Positions 1 to 10,048 are shown, counted from the stretch's first letter. The stretch is 64,000 nt of DNA from an uncultured virus (IMG/VR IMGVR_UViG_3300017774_007075) (IMGVR_UViG_3300017774_007075:1-64000); one strand, 5' to 3'. A program made the numbers and translations. The notes: generated by a model from the letters alone, not told the origin.

Positions 1-1
1 A

Positions 2-2191
2 ATGAAAGGTGGTAAAGCAGATAAATTAACATTGCCTCAAATAGCTAAAAAACATGGTCTACCTATTGAAGATTTAATGTCTCAATTTAAATTGGGTATT
101 AAAACAGAAATGGAACATACTGACAATAAAAAACAGGCAAAAGAAATTGCTTCAGACCATTTGTCTGAAAATCCAAAGTATTACACAAAACTTAAAAAAG
201 CAAAGTTGGAAGAAGCAATTGCTAAATCTCTTGTAACAGCAGCATTAGGTTTAGGTTTGATGGGAAATCCATCAGTAAGTAAAGGCAATCAAGCTATACC
301 AATAGCACAACAACAACAGCAAAATCAAGATAAATTACCTAAAAAAGTAAGTTTTAGTCGTTCTGAATCAATATCAAACCCTGATTTAGATTTAGTTCAT
401 GGTGCGTTGGGTTCAAAAAGATTAAAAGAAATGGGTGAACTTGATTTTTCACAAGTAGTTAATAATGAATTAAAAAAACAATTTAATCAAGGAAAAAAAG
501 CTGATGTATCTAATATAAAAATAAGTACATATGTTCAAGGTAATCAAATTATAACTGAGGCTAGTTGTGATATAGTTGAATCTACCGATGGAATTGCTTA
601 TACTGAATTTACAACAAGAGGTTCAATTGGTGGTGATTATGCAAATAGACATGATGGACAAGTAACAGGATTGATTGGTAGATTGGAAAGTAAATATGGT
701 GGTGTTGCTAAACAAGTTGGTAAAACATTCACAATTACATTTCAAGTGAATGGACAGACAATTTCTTATAAACAAAGTTTCTTTGTTGCATCAGATTCTA
801 AACAACCTCAAACTCAACAATCACAACAACCTCAGACAATTAGTGGTAAAGATTTTGCCGATTTAAGACAAAAATTAAAAGACCAAACAAAAGATATTTC
901 TATAGACCTAAATAGTATTGAAATTGATATGGACAATTATTCAGTTTCATATAAACTTGGAGATGAAAAAATAAAAGTTATTTCTTTAATTTATGATAAT
1001 GCAGGTCAATTAGAAACTAGATTGATTAGTGTTAAAAATCAAAATCCAACTTTAGAAGTATTAGAAAAGGGTAAGAGTGGAAATGTTGATTGGGCTGTTA
1101 GTATAATATTAGCAAACTTAGAAGAAAATGCTCAAAAATTAATAAAAGAAAATGAACAAAATAGATTAGGTAATTTAATTACTGCTAAAGTAAATTTCCC
1201 TAATGCTGATTTTTGGGTAGTTAGAAAGGGTAGTGAAGAAAAAGTTGGAATGCCTGTTAAAGAATTTAATCCTGAACATATTGGCATTAAAGTAACTGCA
1301 TTAGATATACTTGATTCAAAGTATTTGTATTATGTAATATTAAATATTTTTAATAATAAATATTTTCGTGATAAAGCAGTTGGTACACTTAAATTAAAAA
1401 ATATTAAAGTTAGTGATGTATTAAATATACCAATAGGTATGAATGAATCATTAATAATGGAAGATGAATTGCCAAAAAAATTAAAATCAGATATTGAAAT
1501 AGAATATCATAAAAATTTAAATCCCAAATTTTGGTTAAATAACCATTTAAAAAGTGGCATTAGAAAAAATCTTTTAAATCTTGCTAAATTTTATTTTAAA
1601 CAATTAGATTTAGGTGTTGAAATTAAAGATATAATTTTTACAGGTAGTTTAGCAAATTATAATTATACTGATTTATCTGATATTGATATTCACATTATAA
1701 TTGATTATAAAAAATTAACTAATGATGATGAGTTTGCAAAAGAATTTTTTAGTAATAAAAGAAGTATTTGGGCTGATTCCAATGAAATTAAAGTAAATGG
1801 ATTTCCTGTTGAAATTTATGTTCAAGATGTTTCTCAACTTGATGATAAAGGTATGGGTTCTATGTATTCATTGCTTAATAATAAATGGGTTAAAAAACCA
1901 AAATATAAATTACCTCAAGTTGAAAAACATTTAATAACTACAAAAGTGAATAAATATTTAGATATTTTAAATAAAATATCAATGACGGATGATTCAATAA
2001 AAAAGGTTGAGGCATATAACAAAGTATTTGAAAAAATGAGAACGGATAGAAAAAAAGCAACTCAAAAAGAGGGTGAATTTTCTGTTGATAATCTTGTTTT
2101 TAAAGTATTAAGAAACAAAGGAGTGTTTGATATAATAAAAAATAATAAAAAAGAAATAGTAAATAATTTGTTTTCTATGAAAACTAACTAA
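2..2191 (+). CDS. Multidomain protein: DUF5661-like N-terminus, unknown middle region, HsdS/TRD-like segment, C-terminal Pol-beta-superfamily nucleotidyltransferase; may begin upstream of the window
   Basis: GIKTEMEHT...EIASDHLSENPKYYTKL (DUF5661-like); LDSKYLYY...GTLKLKNIKVSDVLNIPI (HsdS-like); FTGSLANYNYTDLSDIDIH plus VEIY (GS...DxD NTase motif). Confidence 0.7.
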   Translation: MKGGKADKLTLPQIAKKHGLPIEDLMSQFKLGIKTEMEHTDNKKQAKEIASDHLSENPKYYTKLKKAKLEEAIAKSLVTAALGLGLMGNPSVSKGNQAIPIAQQQQQNQDKLPKKVSFSRSESISNPDLDLVHGALGSKRLKEMGELDFSQVVNNELKKQFNQGKKADVSNIKISTYVQGNQIITEASCDIVESTDGIAYTEFTTRGSIGGDYANRHDGQVTGLIGRLESKYGGVAKQVGKTFTITFQVNGQTISYKQSFFVASDSKQPQTQQSQQPQTISGKDFADLRQKLKDQTKDISIDLNSIEIDMDNYSVSYKLGDEKIKVISLIYDNAGQLETRLISVKNQNPTLEVLEKGKSGNVDWAVSIILANLEENAQKLIKENEQNRLGNLITAKVNFPNADFWVVRKGSEEKVGMPVKEFNPEHIGIKVTALDILDSKYLYYVILNIFNNKYFRDKAVGTLKLKNIKVSDVLNIPIGMNESLIMEDELPKKLKSDIEIEYHKNLNPKFWLNNHLKSGIRKNLLNLAKFYFKQLDLGVEIKDIIFTGSLANYNYTDLSDIDIHIIIDYKKLTNDDEFAKEFFSNKRSIWADSNEIKVNGFPVEIYVQDVSQLDDKGMGSMYSLLNNKWVKKPKYKLPQVEKHLITTKVNKYLDILNKISMTDDSIKKVEAYNKVFEKMRTDRKKATQKEGEFSVDNLVFKVLRNKGVFDIIKNNKKEIVNNLFSMKTN

Positions 2192-2196
2192 TTATA
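2187..2196 (+). promoter_or_regulatory. Putative late promoter ACTAATTATA
   Basis: Matches recurrent ACTAWTTAWA motif; 13 nt before ATG 2210. Confidence 0.55.
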
Positions 2197-2209
2197 ATAA
2201 AAAAATCTT

Positions 2210-2737
2210 ATGAAAGAAAGGGAATTCAAAAAATTGGTATTTGAAAATTTCGTTCAAGCTAAAAAAGAACTGATTAGAGAAGGTTATATTAAAAGAAGTG
2301 ATAATCTTAATTTTGAAGATGTGTTTAGTGAAACTAAAAAAAGAGTTCTTGAAGAACGTGTTAAATCACTTCAAAGAGAAAATGAAATGCTAAAGAAGCA
2401 AATAAAAAGAAAAGGCTTGAGAGAAGCAGGTGTAAGTAACCCAACTGGTTATGGAGAAAGGGGTAGTGATGCAATGGATGGTGTTTTTGATTTTATTGAT
2501 AATGTTCTTGCTAAATATGGTAACACAGGTTCTAAAATAAGTGTTATTAAAAGAGCAATGAAAACTAAAGGAGTTATTGAAAGTGATACAGATTTAAATC
2601 AATTTGGTATCATTTTGCAAAGCAAAATGAAAGAAGGTTTTCCAATGAAAAAAGCAATTTTAAGTGCTTTAAGACAAATGGGTATTCGTAACCCTGAACC
2701 TAAAACTTTAGCTGAAAACAGAAGGAAAAGATATTAA
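2210..2737 (+). CDS. Hypothetical protein, possible internal head protein
   Basis: 175-aa ORF in the head cluster with several (L/I)xE motifs (LIRE, VLEE, LRE, LAE). Confidence 0.55.
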   Translation: MKEREFKKLVFENFVQAKKELIREGYIKRSDNLNFEDVFSETKKRVLEERVKSLQRENEMLKKQIKRKGLREAGVSNPTGYGERGSDAMDGVFDFIDNVLAKYGNTGSKISVIKRAMKTKGVIESDTDLNQFGIILQSKMKEGFPMKKAILSALRQMGIRNPEPKTLAENRRKRY

Positions 2738-2770
2738 TAAATAATAAAAAAAATCAAACTAAATAATAAA

Positions 2771-3985
2771 ATGATTAAAAGGGCAGACGCAAGTGGTATC
2801 AAAAGAGAAGTAGCAACTAAAGAACAGATTGCTGAAAACTTTAAAAGATTGGCTATTGATAGTTCTAAAAAAGTAGAATTAAAACCATCATTATTAAAGA
2901 CTGTTAAAACTTTAGATGGTAAAACTTTTGGTATTATTCACGAAAATAAATCTTATTACCTTAAATATACAGTAAAACAAGGAAGTGAAAATCCTATTGA
3001 TTTTAAACATTTAGATGGGTTAAATTCTAATTTTAGTATTGAAAAATATAATAATTTTCAAAAAGCAGTAAATAAGTTAACATTTATTTGTGAGGCACAA
3101 AATAATGCACATAAATTAAGATTATTAACTGAAGCAGAAGAGGAAGAAACAGAAGAAACGCCAAAAGAAAAAGTTGTAAGTAAAACTGACCAAGATAAAC
3201 TTTTAAAAGATTTAGATACAAAAAAGGACCAAGCTGCAACTCCTGCTGCACCTGCTGCTGATATGGGTGGCGAATTGCCTCCTGCTGAAGCACCTGCTGC
3301 TGATATGGGTGGCGAATTGCCTCCTGCTGAAGCACCTGCTGCTGATATGGGTGGTCAAGCACCTGCTGCTGATGCACCTGTAGATACAACACCTTCAGGT
3401 CAAGGTGTTGAAAGTCCAGAAGCTATATCTGATGAAATTTTAGGTAATATGAATAAGCCTGAAGCAGGTGCTGAACCTGCTGCTGCTGCTGAACCTGCTG
3501 CTGCTGAACCTGCTGCTGCCGAAACTCCTGCTGCTGAAGAACCTGTTGAAGAAGAAGACCCTAAAAAAGAATTTCAAGAAGCTGTTGGTAAACTTGGACA
3601 AGTAATTAATACTCTTCAAGACCAAAAAGCATTTGATGTAAAAGACATTAAGAATGTAATGAACAGCGTTATTAGTGCAATTGGTAAAGAAGGTTTTAAA
3701 GAAGTTGGTGATAATGTTGTTGATTCATTTATTAAAAAAATAAGAGGTTCTCAAGAATCCATCAAAGTTGATGATACAGAAGAATTACCTGCTGAAGAAA
3801 CACCTGAAGAATTACCTGCTGAAGAAGCACCTGCTGAAGAGGGAGGTGAAGAAAAATTAGATGAAAACTTTTTAAGAAGTCTTAAAAAAGAAGCTAAACA
3901 ATTACTTAGAGAACAATTAGAACAAGAACTTATCAAAAGAAAAAAACATATTTTAATTGAACAAATTAAAAGAAAATTAAAATAA
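2771..3985 (+). CDS. Hypothetical acidic Ala/Pro/Glu-rich protein, probable head-associated protein
   Basis: 404-aa ORF with low-complexity repeats and LLTE/LDE/LRE/LIE motifs, upstream of TerL. Confidence 0.55.
   Translation: MIKRADASGIKREVATKEQIAENFKRLAIDSSKKVELKPSLLKTVKTLDGKTFGIIHENKSYYLKYTVKQGSENPIDFKHLDGLNSNFSIEKYNNFQKAVNKLTFICEAQNNAHKLRLLTEAEEEETEETPKEKVVSKTDQDKLLKDLDTKKDQAATPAAPAADMGGELPPAEAPAADMGGELPPAEAPAADMGGQAPAADAPVDTTPSGQGVESPEAISDEILGNMNKPEAGAEPAAAAEPAAAEPAAAETPAAEEPVEEEDPKKEFQEAVGKLGQVINTLQDQKAFDVKDIKNVMNSVISAIGKEGFKEVGDNVVDSFIKKIRGSQESIKVDDTEELPAEETPEELPAEEAPAEEGGEEKLDENFLRSLKKEAKQLLREQLEQELIKRKKHILIEQIKRKLK
3248..3355 (+). repeat. In-frame 42-bp tandem repeat (APAADMGGELPPAE), about 2.5 copies
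   Basis: gcacctgctgctgatatgggtggcgaattgcctcctgctgaa at 3248 and 3290, partial copy at 3332. Confidence 0.9.
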
Positions 3986-3986
3986 C

Positions 3987-4403
3987 ATGTTAACTACATT
4001 ATTGATACTATTACAAGCATTTCCTGTAACAGAATTAATCTTTACAGGACTATCGGCTATTGTTGGTACAATATTAACTTATGTATTTATAATACCTGTA
4101 TTACAAAATAAAATTAATGCTTTAGAGGAAGAAAGAAAACTTCAAAAAGATACTTTTGATAGGATAGGCGATGATGTATATGAAATTAAGACAAGAATCG
4201 CAATTTTAGAAAGTTCTGATAGTAAAATAAATAAATTAATTGATGAATTATTTGATTCTGAAAAAGAAAATAATGAAAAGTTTCAAATAATGATTCAAAA
4301 AAATACAGAAGCTATTACTAAGTTAGAAGCAACACTTCAAAACTTGAATGAACATACTAAAAAGTTAGACGATTTTTTCACAAGGTTCTTGGAGAAAAAA
4401 TAA
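3987..4403 (+). CDS. Membrane-anchored coiled-coil protein (possibly holin-like)
   Basis: Hydrophobic N-terminal ~38 aa followed by a heptad-rich charged region. Confidence 0.5.
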   Translation: MLTTLLILLQAFPVTELIFTGLSAIVGTILTYVFIIPVLQNKINALEEERKLQKDTFDRIGDDVYEIKTRIAILESSDSKINKLIDELFDSEKENNEKFQIMIQKNTEAITKLEATLQNLNEHTKKLDDFFTRFLEKK

Positions 4404-4419
4404 TTTATTTTTAGTTTTT

Positions 4420-4857
4420 ATGGAAAAAGAATATATCAATATCGAACCTATTAAGGTTCAGGAAGAGGATTTAAAATTAGTTTATGTAAATCCTGTTGGT
4501 GAAACACATAGTGGTTCACAAAAATTAGAATTCATCTTTTCAAACAATCCTGATGATTGTATTGGACCTCAATGGGAAGACCCTTGTGATTTGGGTGTAT
4601 ATCCACCAAGGAAAGGATTTATCAAAAAAGTAATGGAAGTTACATCAAAAAGTATTGAGTTTGATTGCATTGTTGATTCATCTGAATTCAGAATGCTTGA
4701 TGCTGTATTTGGTGTTGTTGCTCTTGCTTGGGAATCAGTTGAGGATTATAGAAAAATGTCATCCCTTAATAAGAGTCTTATTATTTTTAGATACGGTGAT
4801 TTATATTATAATGTTCGTGAAGTTTTGAGAACTAACGACATAGAATTCACTAGTTAA
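4420..4857 (+). CDS. Hypothetical protein
   Basis: 145-aa ORF directly upstream of TerL. Confidence 0.6.
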   Translation: MEKEYINIEPIKVQEEDLKLVYVNPVGETHSGSQKLEFIFSNNPDDCIGPQWEDPCDLGVYPPRKGFIKKVMEVTSKSIEFDCIVDSSEFRMLDAVFGVVALAWESVEDYRKMSSLNKSLIIFRYGDLYYNVREVLRTNDIEFTS

Positions 4858-4868
4858 ACTAAAGTCTT

Positions 4869-6647
4869 ATGACTAAACATGAGTTAATGATGGAATACGC
4901 AAAGTGCGCTATTGATATAGAGTACTTTGCAAGAAAATATTGTAAAGTTTGGGATAAGAAAAAACAACAATATATTAATTTTGAATTGTTACCTCAACAA
5001 GTTCAAGTATTAGAAAAATACAAAGAAAGTAATAGGGTTTTAGTTGCTAAGTATCGTCAAGGTGGTATTACTACTGTAACTTGTTTATATTTAGCACATT
5101 CATTAATATTTAGAAAAGATATTAAAGTTGGAGTTGCAGCTAACAAGTTGAAACTAGCAAAGGAAAGTATTTTCTATCAGATTGCATCCATTATCAATAA
5201 TCTTCCAAAAGAAATATTCAATAGGATACCTACTGAATCAGATACAAAAGAAATTAAGATTTATAACAATGGTGCAACATTACAGGCTTTTGCTGCATCT
5301 GCCGATGGTCTAAGAGGTTTTACTCCTGATATACTTTTTATAGATGAAGCAGCCTTCCTTGAAGAAGGTGAAGAGTTTATGTCATCTGCATCGGGTACAA
5401 TGTCAGCAGGGGGACAGATTATATTAAATTCAACACCAAGAGGACTTGACCCAACATATTATGCTCGTTATGAAGGAGCAAGAACTGGAAGGAATAACTT
5501 TAAAGTTGTTGAAATTAATTGGTATGAAGACCCAAGATATAATGAAGATTTAATTTGGGTTAGAGGTGATGAATTTATTGAGGAAAAAGAAGCTATAAAG
5601 TACAATGAATTAAAAGCAAAAGGTTATAAACCTTCTTCTTCTTGGTTTAGAGATATGTGTCAAACTTTCAATAATGACCCAAGAAAAATTGCTCAAGAGT
5701 TAGAGAATAAGTTCTTAGGTTCAGGTGGTAACCTTGTTGATGAGGAAACTATTATGAGAGTTGAAAAAGCTTGTAAACAACCGATTAGAACTGAATATGA
5801 TAATAATTTTTGGGTTTGGGAAGACCCAATTGTGGGATATGATTATTATTTATCATGTGACGTTGCAAAAGGTAGTGGTGATGGTGACTATTCAACTATT
5901 CAAATATTTAAGAATGATGCAGTAAATATGTTATTAATACAAGTGGCTGAATATCAATCAAGAGTACCACTTGAAGTAATGGGTGAGTTATGTTTAGATT
6001 ATGGTAAAAAATATAATAATGCATATGTTATTGTCGATGTGAGTGGTGGTTGGGGTATATCTGTTGTTAGATATTTAATTAATAATAAATATAAAAAAAT
6101 ACACTATGATAGACCTAGACAAAATGATTTAAAAATACAATTAAAATCATTTGCTAGAGGAGAACTACAACCAGGTTTTACAATGAAAAATGGTGCTATC
6201 CGTGATTATGTTTTAAGAGAGTTTGAAAGAAGATTAAGAGAAGGTGAAGCATTGGTTTATTCAATAAGATTGTTAAGTGAGATTAAAACTTTCGTATTCA
6301 ATGATAATACAAATAGATATGACCATATGCGTTCAGCACATGATGACTTGTTGATTGCTACAGGTATGTTATTTGCAGTTTATATGCATTCAAAAACTAT
6401 TGGAAATGAATTGAATATTTATCTTAACTATGCTAAGTCAGCAATTGTAAGAAAGGGTGATGAATTTATGGAAGCCAATAGAGATTTCCAAGAAAAAATG
6501 ATAAGTAGAGATGGTCAAGATAAAAATTATGAAAGAATAAGTGATGCAGCAAGACCAAAAGATTGGTACACAAATGGTCAAGCTAACCCATTTCCTGAAC
6601 ATGAAAAGCCAAGAACAAATAATAACCCATTTATCTTTGTAAGATAA
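4869..6647 (+). CDS. terL: Terminase large subunit (T4 gp17-like)
   Basis: KYRQGGITT Walker A variant, LFIDEAAF Walker B, NSTPRG motif III, nuclease motifs CDVAKG...DYS and HDDLLIA. Confidence 0.95.
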   Translation: MTKHELMMEYAKCAIDIEYFARKYCKVWDKKKQQYINFELLPQQVQVLEKYKESNRVLVAKYRQGGITTVTCLYLAHSLIFRKDIKVGVAANKLKLAKESIFYQIASIINNLPKEIFNRIPTESDTKEIKIYNNGATLQAFAASADGLRGFTPDILFIDEAAFLEEGEEFMSSASGTMSAGGQIILNSTPRGLDPTYYARYEGARTGRNNFKVVEINWYEDPRYNEDLIWVRGDEFIEEKEAIKYNELKAKGYKPSSSWFRDMCQTFNNDPRKIAQELENKFLGSGGNLVDEETIMRVEKACKQPIRTEYDNNFWVWEDPIVGYDYYLSCDVAKGSGDGDYSTIQIFKNDAVNMLLIQVAEYQSRVPLEVMGELCLDYGKKYNNAYVIVDVSGGWGISVVRYLINNKYKKIHYDRPRQNDLKIQLKSFARGELQPGFTMKNGAIRDYVLREFERRLREGEALVYSIRLLSEIKTFVFNDNTNRYDHMRSAHDDLLIATGMLFAVYMHSKTIGNELNIYLNYAKSAIVRKGDEFMEANRDFQEKMISRDGQDKNYERISDAARPKDWYTNGQANPFPEHEKPRTNNNPFIFVR

Positions 6648-6688
6648 AATATTTATTTCTATTTAAGAAAAACGTATTTTAATTAATT

Positions 6689-8512
6689 ATGGCAGAAGAT
6701 AATAAAGGTCTATTTTCAAATATTAATACTTTCTTTAAAAGAGCAACTGATGCACTAGATGCAACAAATAATAGATTTGAACCACCGCAAGAAAAACAAT
6801 TTATTAAAGCGGCATCTCAAGATGATGCGACAAAAACTGCTGTTGAAGATGGTGCTTTAAAATTTTATAGAAATCAAAGTACTAAAATTGATAAAGGTAA
6901 CGACCAAAGAAAATTAATGTACGAGTCGAGCAGAATGATGCTCTACTATGATTATCTTTCAATGGATGGTTATCCAATTTTAGGAGCAGCACTTGACTTA
7001 CTTTCTGAAGAAGCAACAACAACTAAAAGCGATACAGGTCAAATCTTAAATATTTATTGTTCATCTGATAAAGTTAAAAAAGAACTTGAAAGGTTCTTTT
7101 ATAAAGTTATGGATGTTAATACTAACTTATTTTATTGGTGTAGAAATATGTGTCAATATGGAGATAATTTCGTATTCCTTGAATTATCAAAAGATAGAGG
7201 TGTTGTTGATTTTAGACAACTTGCATCACAATTTGTTGAAAGAAATGAAAAATACGATTCAAAACAAAGATTTAGGGCATTCTTTAAATATAAAGACCCT
7301 AACTCAGGTGGTGAAGAAGAATATTTAGATTATCAAGTAGCACATTTTAGATTATTAGGTACAGGTGATAGACTTCCATATGGTTGTAGTGTTTATGAAA
7401 AAGTAAGAAGAACTTACAAACAACTTTTTATGATGGAAGATGCGATGATGGTTTATCGTATCACAAGAGCAGCAGAAAGAAGAATATATAAAGTACCTGT
7501 TGGTAATGTTCCTCCTGAAGATGTTCCACAAATTCTTGAAGCATTTGCAAACAATGTAAAGAAAAAGAAATTGGTTGACCCTAAAACAGGTGATATCAAT
7601 TTTAAATATAATATTGCTTCAATGGATGAAGATATCTTTGTAGCAGATAGAGGCAATACTTCAGGTAATTTTGTTGATACACTTCCAGGAGCATCTAATC
7701 TTGAAGCTATTTCTGATATAAACTATCTTCGTGATAATTTATTTACAGGATTAGGTATTCATAAAACATTGCTTGGTTTTTCATCTGACCAAGCATCGGG
7801 AGAAGGTAAAAACTTATCAATGCTTGATATTCGTTTTGCTAGAAAAGTAAATCGTATTCAACAAGCATTACTTGGTGAACTTAATAAAATAGCAATTGTA
7901 CATTTAGGTTTACTTGGTGGTGATTATGAATCATATATTGATGATTTTAAATTATCACTTAATAATCCATCAACCGCTTCTGATTTATTACAACTTGAGA
8001 TTTGGAAGTCAAAGTTAGAAGTATACGCACAAGCAACAACTCCAAATCAGAATTCAGGATTAAAACCAATGTCAGAACTTATGGCTAGAAAGAAATTTTT
8101 CCATATGTCTGAAGAAGATATTATTAATGACCTTCAAGAACAAATGCTTGAATCTAAAATTGGTGAAGAGGTTAAAGGTGCAGGAATGCTTCTTAAAACT
8201 TCAGGTGTCATGGATAAAATGATTAAGTATAAGAATGCAGGTTTTAAAATGGAAGGACAACCACAACAAGGTGCTGACCAACAAATAGATAATAGTTTAG
8301 GTGGTGGACTAGGTGGTGGTGCTGACATGGGTGGCGGTGCGCCCCCGATGGGTGGCGGTCCTGAATTAGGTGGTGGTGCGCCTCCGATGGGTGGCGGTCC
8401 TGAATTAGGTGGTGGTGCGCCTCCTTCAGGAGGTGGTGCAGGTGGTGCAGGTTTTTTAAGTGAAGAAATAATTAAAAAGACTAATGAATTGGATAAACTA
8501 TTAAAAGAATAA
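6689..8512 (+). CDS. Portal protein (T4 gp20-like)
   Basis: MMEDAMMVYRITRAAERRIYKVPVGN, DTLPGASNL, DIRFARKVNRIQ; lies directly after TerL. Confidence 0.95.
   Translation: MAEDNKGLFSNINTFFKRATDALDATNNRFEPPQEKQFIKAASQDDATKTAVEDGALKFYRNQSTKIDKGNDQRKLMYESSRMMLYYDYLSMDGYPILGAALDLLSEEATTTKSDTGQILNIYCSSDKVKKELERFFYKVMDVNTNLFYWCRNMCQYGDNFVFLELSKDRGVVDFRQLASQFVERNEKYDSKQRFRAFFKYKDPNSGGEEEYLDYQVAHFRLLGTGDRLPYGCSVYEKVRRTYKQLFMMEDAMMVYRITRAAERRIYKVPVGNVPPEDVPQILEAFANNVKKKKLVDPKTGDINFKYNIASMDEDIFVADRGNTSGNFVDTLPGASNLEAISDINYLRDNLFTGLGIHKTLLGFSSDQASGEGKNLSMLDIRFARKVNRIQQALLGELNKIAIVHLGLLGGDYESYIDDFKLSLNNPSTASDLLQLEIWKSKLEVYAQATTPNQNSGLKPMSELMARKKFFHMSEEDIINDLQEQMLESKIGEEVKGAGMLLKTSGVMDKMIKYKNAGFKMEGQPQQGADQQIDNSLGGGLGGGADMGGGAPPMGGGPELGGGAPPMGGGPELGGGAPPSGGGAGGAGFLSEEIIKKTNELDKLLKE
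8330..8425 (+). repeat. In-frame 39-bp tandem repeat (GGGAPPMGGGPEL) in the portal C-terminal tail
   Basis: Copies at 8330 and 8369, partial copy at 8408; locally GC-rich. Confidence 0.9.
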
Positions 8513-8520
8513 TAATTTAT

Positions 8521-8530
8521 ACTATTTATA
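8521..8530 (+). promoter_or_regulatory. Putative late promoter ACTATTTATA
   Basis: Exact consensus 15 nt before ATG 8546. Confidence 0.7.
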
Positions 8531-8545
8531 TTAAACAAGAAAAAA

Positions 8546-9319
8546 ATGGTAAATTTTGGTAATGTCAAGTCAAAATTAAATAAAGCATATTCTCAAGATT
8601 TAATTGATAATACTACTAAGTATACAAAAATCTATGAATCTTTTTTAGGTACAGTTAAATCTTCACCAATTCTAATGTTAGAATATACGATTTATGAGAA
8701 TTTAAGAAAAACAAATCTTGAATATAATGAATCTTTGAGATTTATTGAGGCTAATATTTCTGCTTTATCTAAGATTGATAAAAATGAATTGCTAAAAGAA
8801 AACAAAAAACTTGAAAAGTTTGACCTTAAAGAAATTAATTTATCTGAGGATAAACTTACACTAAATAAAAACATTGAGAATGTTATAAATGAAAGTGTTT
8901 TCAAAAAAGTTACTAATGTTAATAGATTACATGAATCAGTTAATTTTTTAATTGAATCATTAACAAGGAAAGAGGAAGAAAAATTAGTAAAAACCGATAA
9001 AAAATTTAATGTAAATAATATTTTTTTATTAGCCAAGAAAAAATTAGAAGAAAAGTTTTCAAACCTTCAAACAGATGAAATGGAAATTATTTCAAGTTTT
9101 ATTAAAGGTGATGAAAAAAATAAAAAAACAGTATTTGAAAATTATAAAAAAAGTACAAAAAATTTCTTGCTTAAAGAAAAAGATAGTATTAGTTCAGAAG
9201 TATTATCGGAATCTTTTAATTTCATTGACTCCTTAGAATATACAAACGATACAGCATTAAATAATTTGTCCAAACTTTTTGAAATTAAAAATTTAAATTC
9301 AAATAATAGTAATGAGTAA
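8546..9319 (+). CDS. Hypothetical prohead-core-associated protein
   Basis: Lies between portal and protease; INES/LHES/LIES/LSES motifs. Confidence 0.55.
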   Translation: MVNFGNVKSKLNKAYSQDLIDNTTKYTKIYESFLGTVKSSPILMLEYTIYENLRKTNLEYNESLRFIEANISALSKIDKNELLKENKKLEKFDLKEINLSEDKLTLNKNIENVINESVFKKVTNVNRLHESVNFLIESLTRKEEEKLVKTDKKFNVNNIFLLAKKKLEEKFSNLQTDEMEIISSFIKGDEKNKKTVFENYKKSTKNFLLKEKDSISSEVLSESFNFIDSLEYTNDTALNNLSKLFEIKNLNSNNSNE

Positions 9320-10013
9320 TATACAACTACTAACAGAAGGACAAGAAGGGTACGGTTTACTAGTAGAAACTGATGCAGGTCTTATAAGTAGCGATTTAAC
9401 AAATCGTAATAGAAAAATTTTTGAGGACTTAAACCTTAGAGCAAAAAGAGATGATTTTGATGGTCATTTCTATATTGATTGCAAACTTCAAGAAGCAGAT
9501 GTGCTAAATAGAAATGGAAGGGTATATCCTAGAGCAATATTAGAAAAACAAATAAATGAATATCAAAAATTAATTAATGACTATGCTGCAATTAATGAAG
9601 CCGACCACCCCGAATCTGTTACAATATCATTACAAAACATTTCTCATAGGATTGCAAAAACATGGTGGTCAAATAATGCTGTTTATGGAACTCTTGATAT
9701 TATCGTTAGTGATTCATTTCTAAGAGAAGGTCTTGGTTGGACCATTGGCGATAAGATTGCTCTTTATTTACAAAGAAATCTTAAACTTGGTATTTCATCA
9801 AGAGGATTAGGTAGTGTAAAAAAAGTAGGTGGAAAAAATATTGTTCAAGATGACTTTGAACTTATATGTTTTGACCTTGTTGCTACACCTTCTACACCTA
9901 ATGCTTATCTATTTTTAGAAACAAAAGATGATACATTAAAAGAATCTGTTCAAGAATCAAACAATAATGTAAAAAAATATGATGATTCGATAAGAAAAAT
10001 TATTGGTAACTAA
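9312..10013 (+). CDS. Prohead protease (T4 gp21-like)
   Basis: NRNGRVYP, EADHP (His), GISSRGLGS (Ser), FDLVATPSTPNAY. Confidence 0.95.
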   Translation: MSNIQLLTEGQEGYGLLVETDAGLISSDLTNRNRKIFEDLNLRAKRDDFDGHFYIDCKLQEADVLNRNGRVYPRAILEKQINEYQKLINDYAAINEADHPESVTISLQNISHRIAKTWWSNNAVYGTLDIIVSDSFLREGLGWTIGDKIALYLQRNLKLGISSRGLGSVKKVGGKNIVQDDFELICFDLVATPSTPNAYLFLETKDDTLKESVQESNNNVKKYDDSIRKIIGN

Positions 10014-10020
10014 TTTTTTT

Positions 10021-10030
10021 ACTAATTAAA
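10021..10030 (+). promoter_or_regulatory. Putative late promoter ACTAATTAAA
   Basis: Motif variant 18 nt before ATG 10049. Confidence 0.55.
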
Positions 10031-10048
10031 TATGAATAATAAAATAAA

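Noticed and set aside
3084..3936. Minus-strand ORFs 3084..3392, 3440..3625 and 3751..3936
   Set aside because: Antisense shadows of low-complexity repeats in 2771..3985
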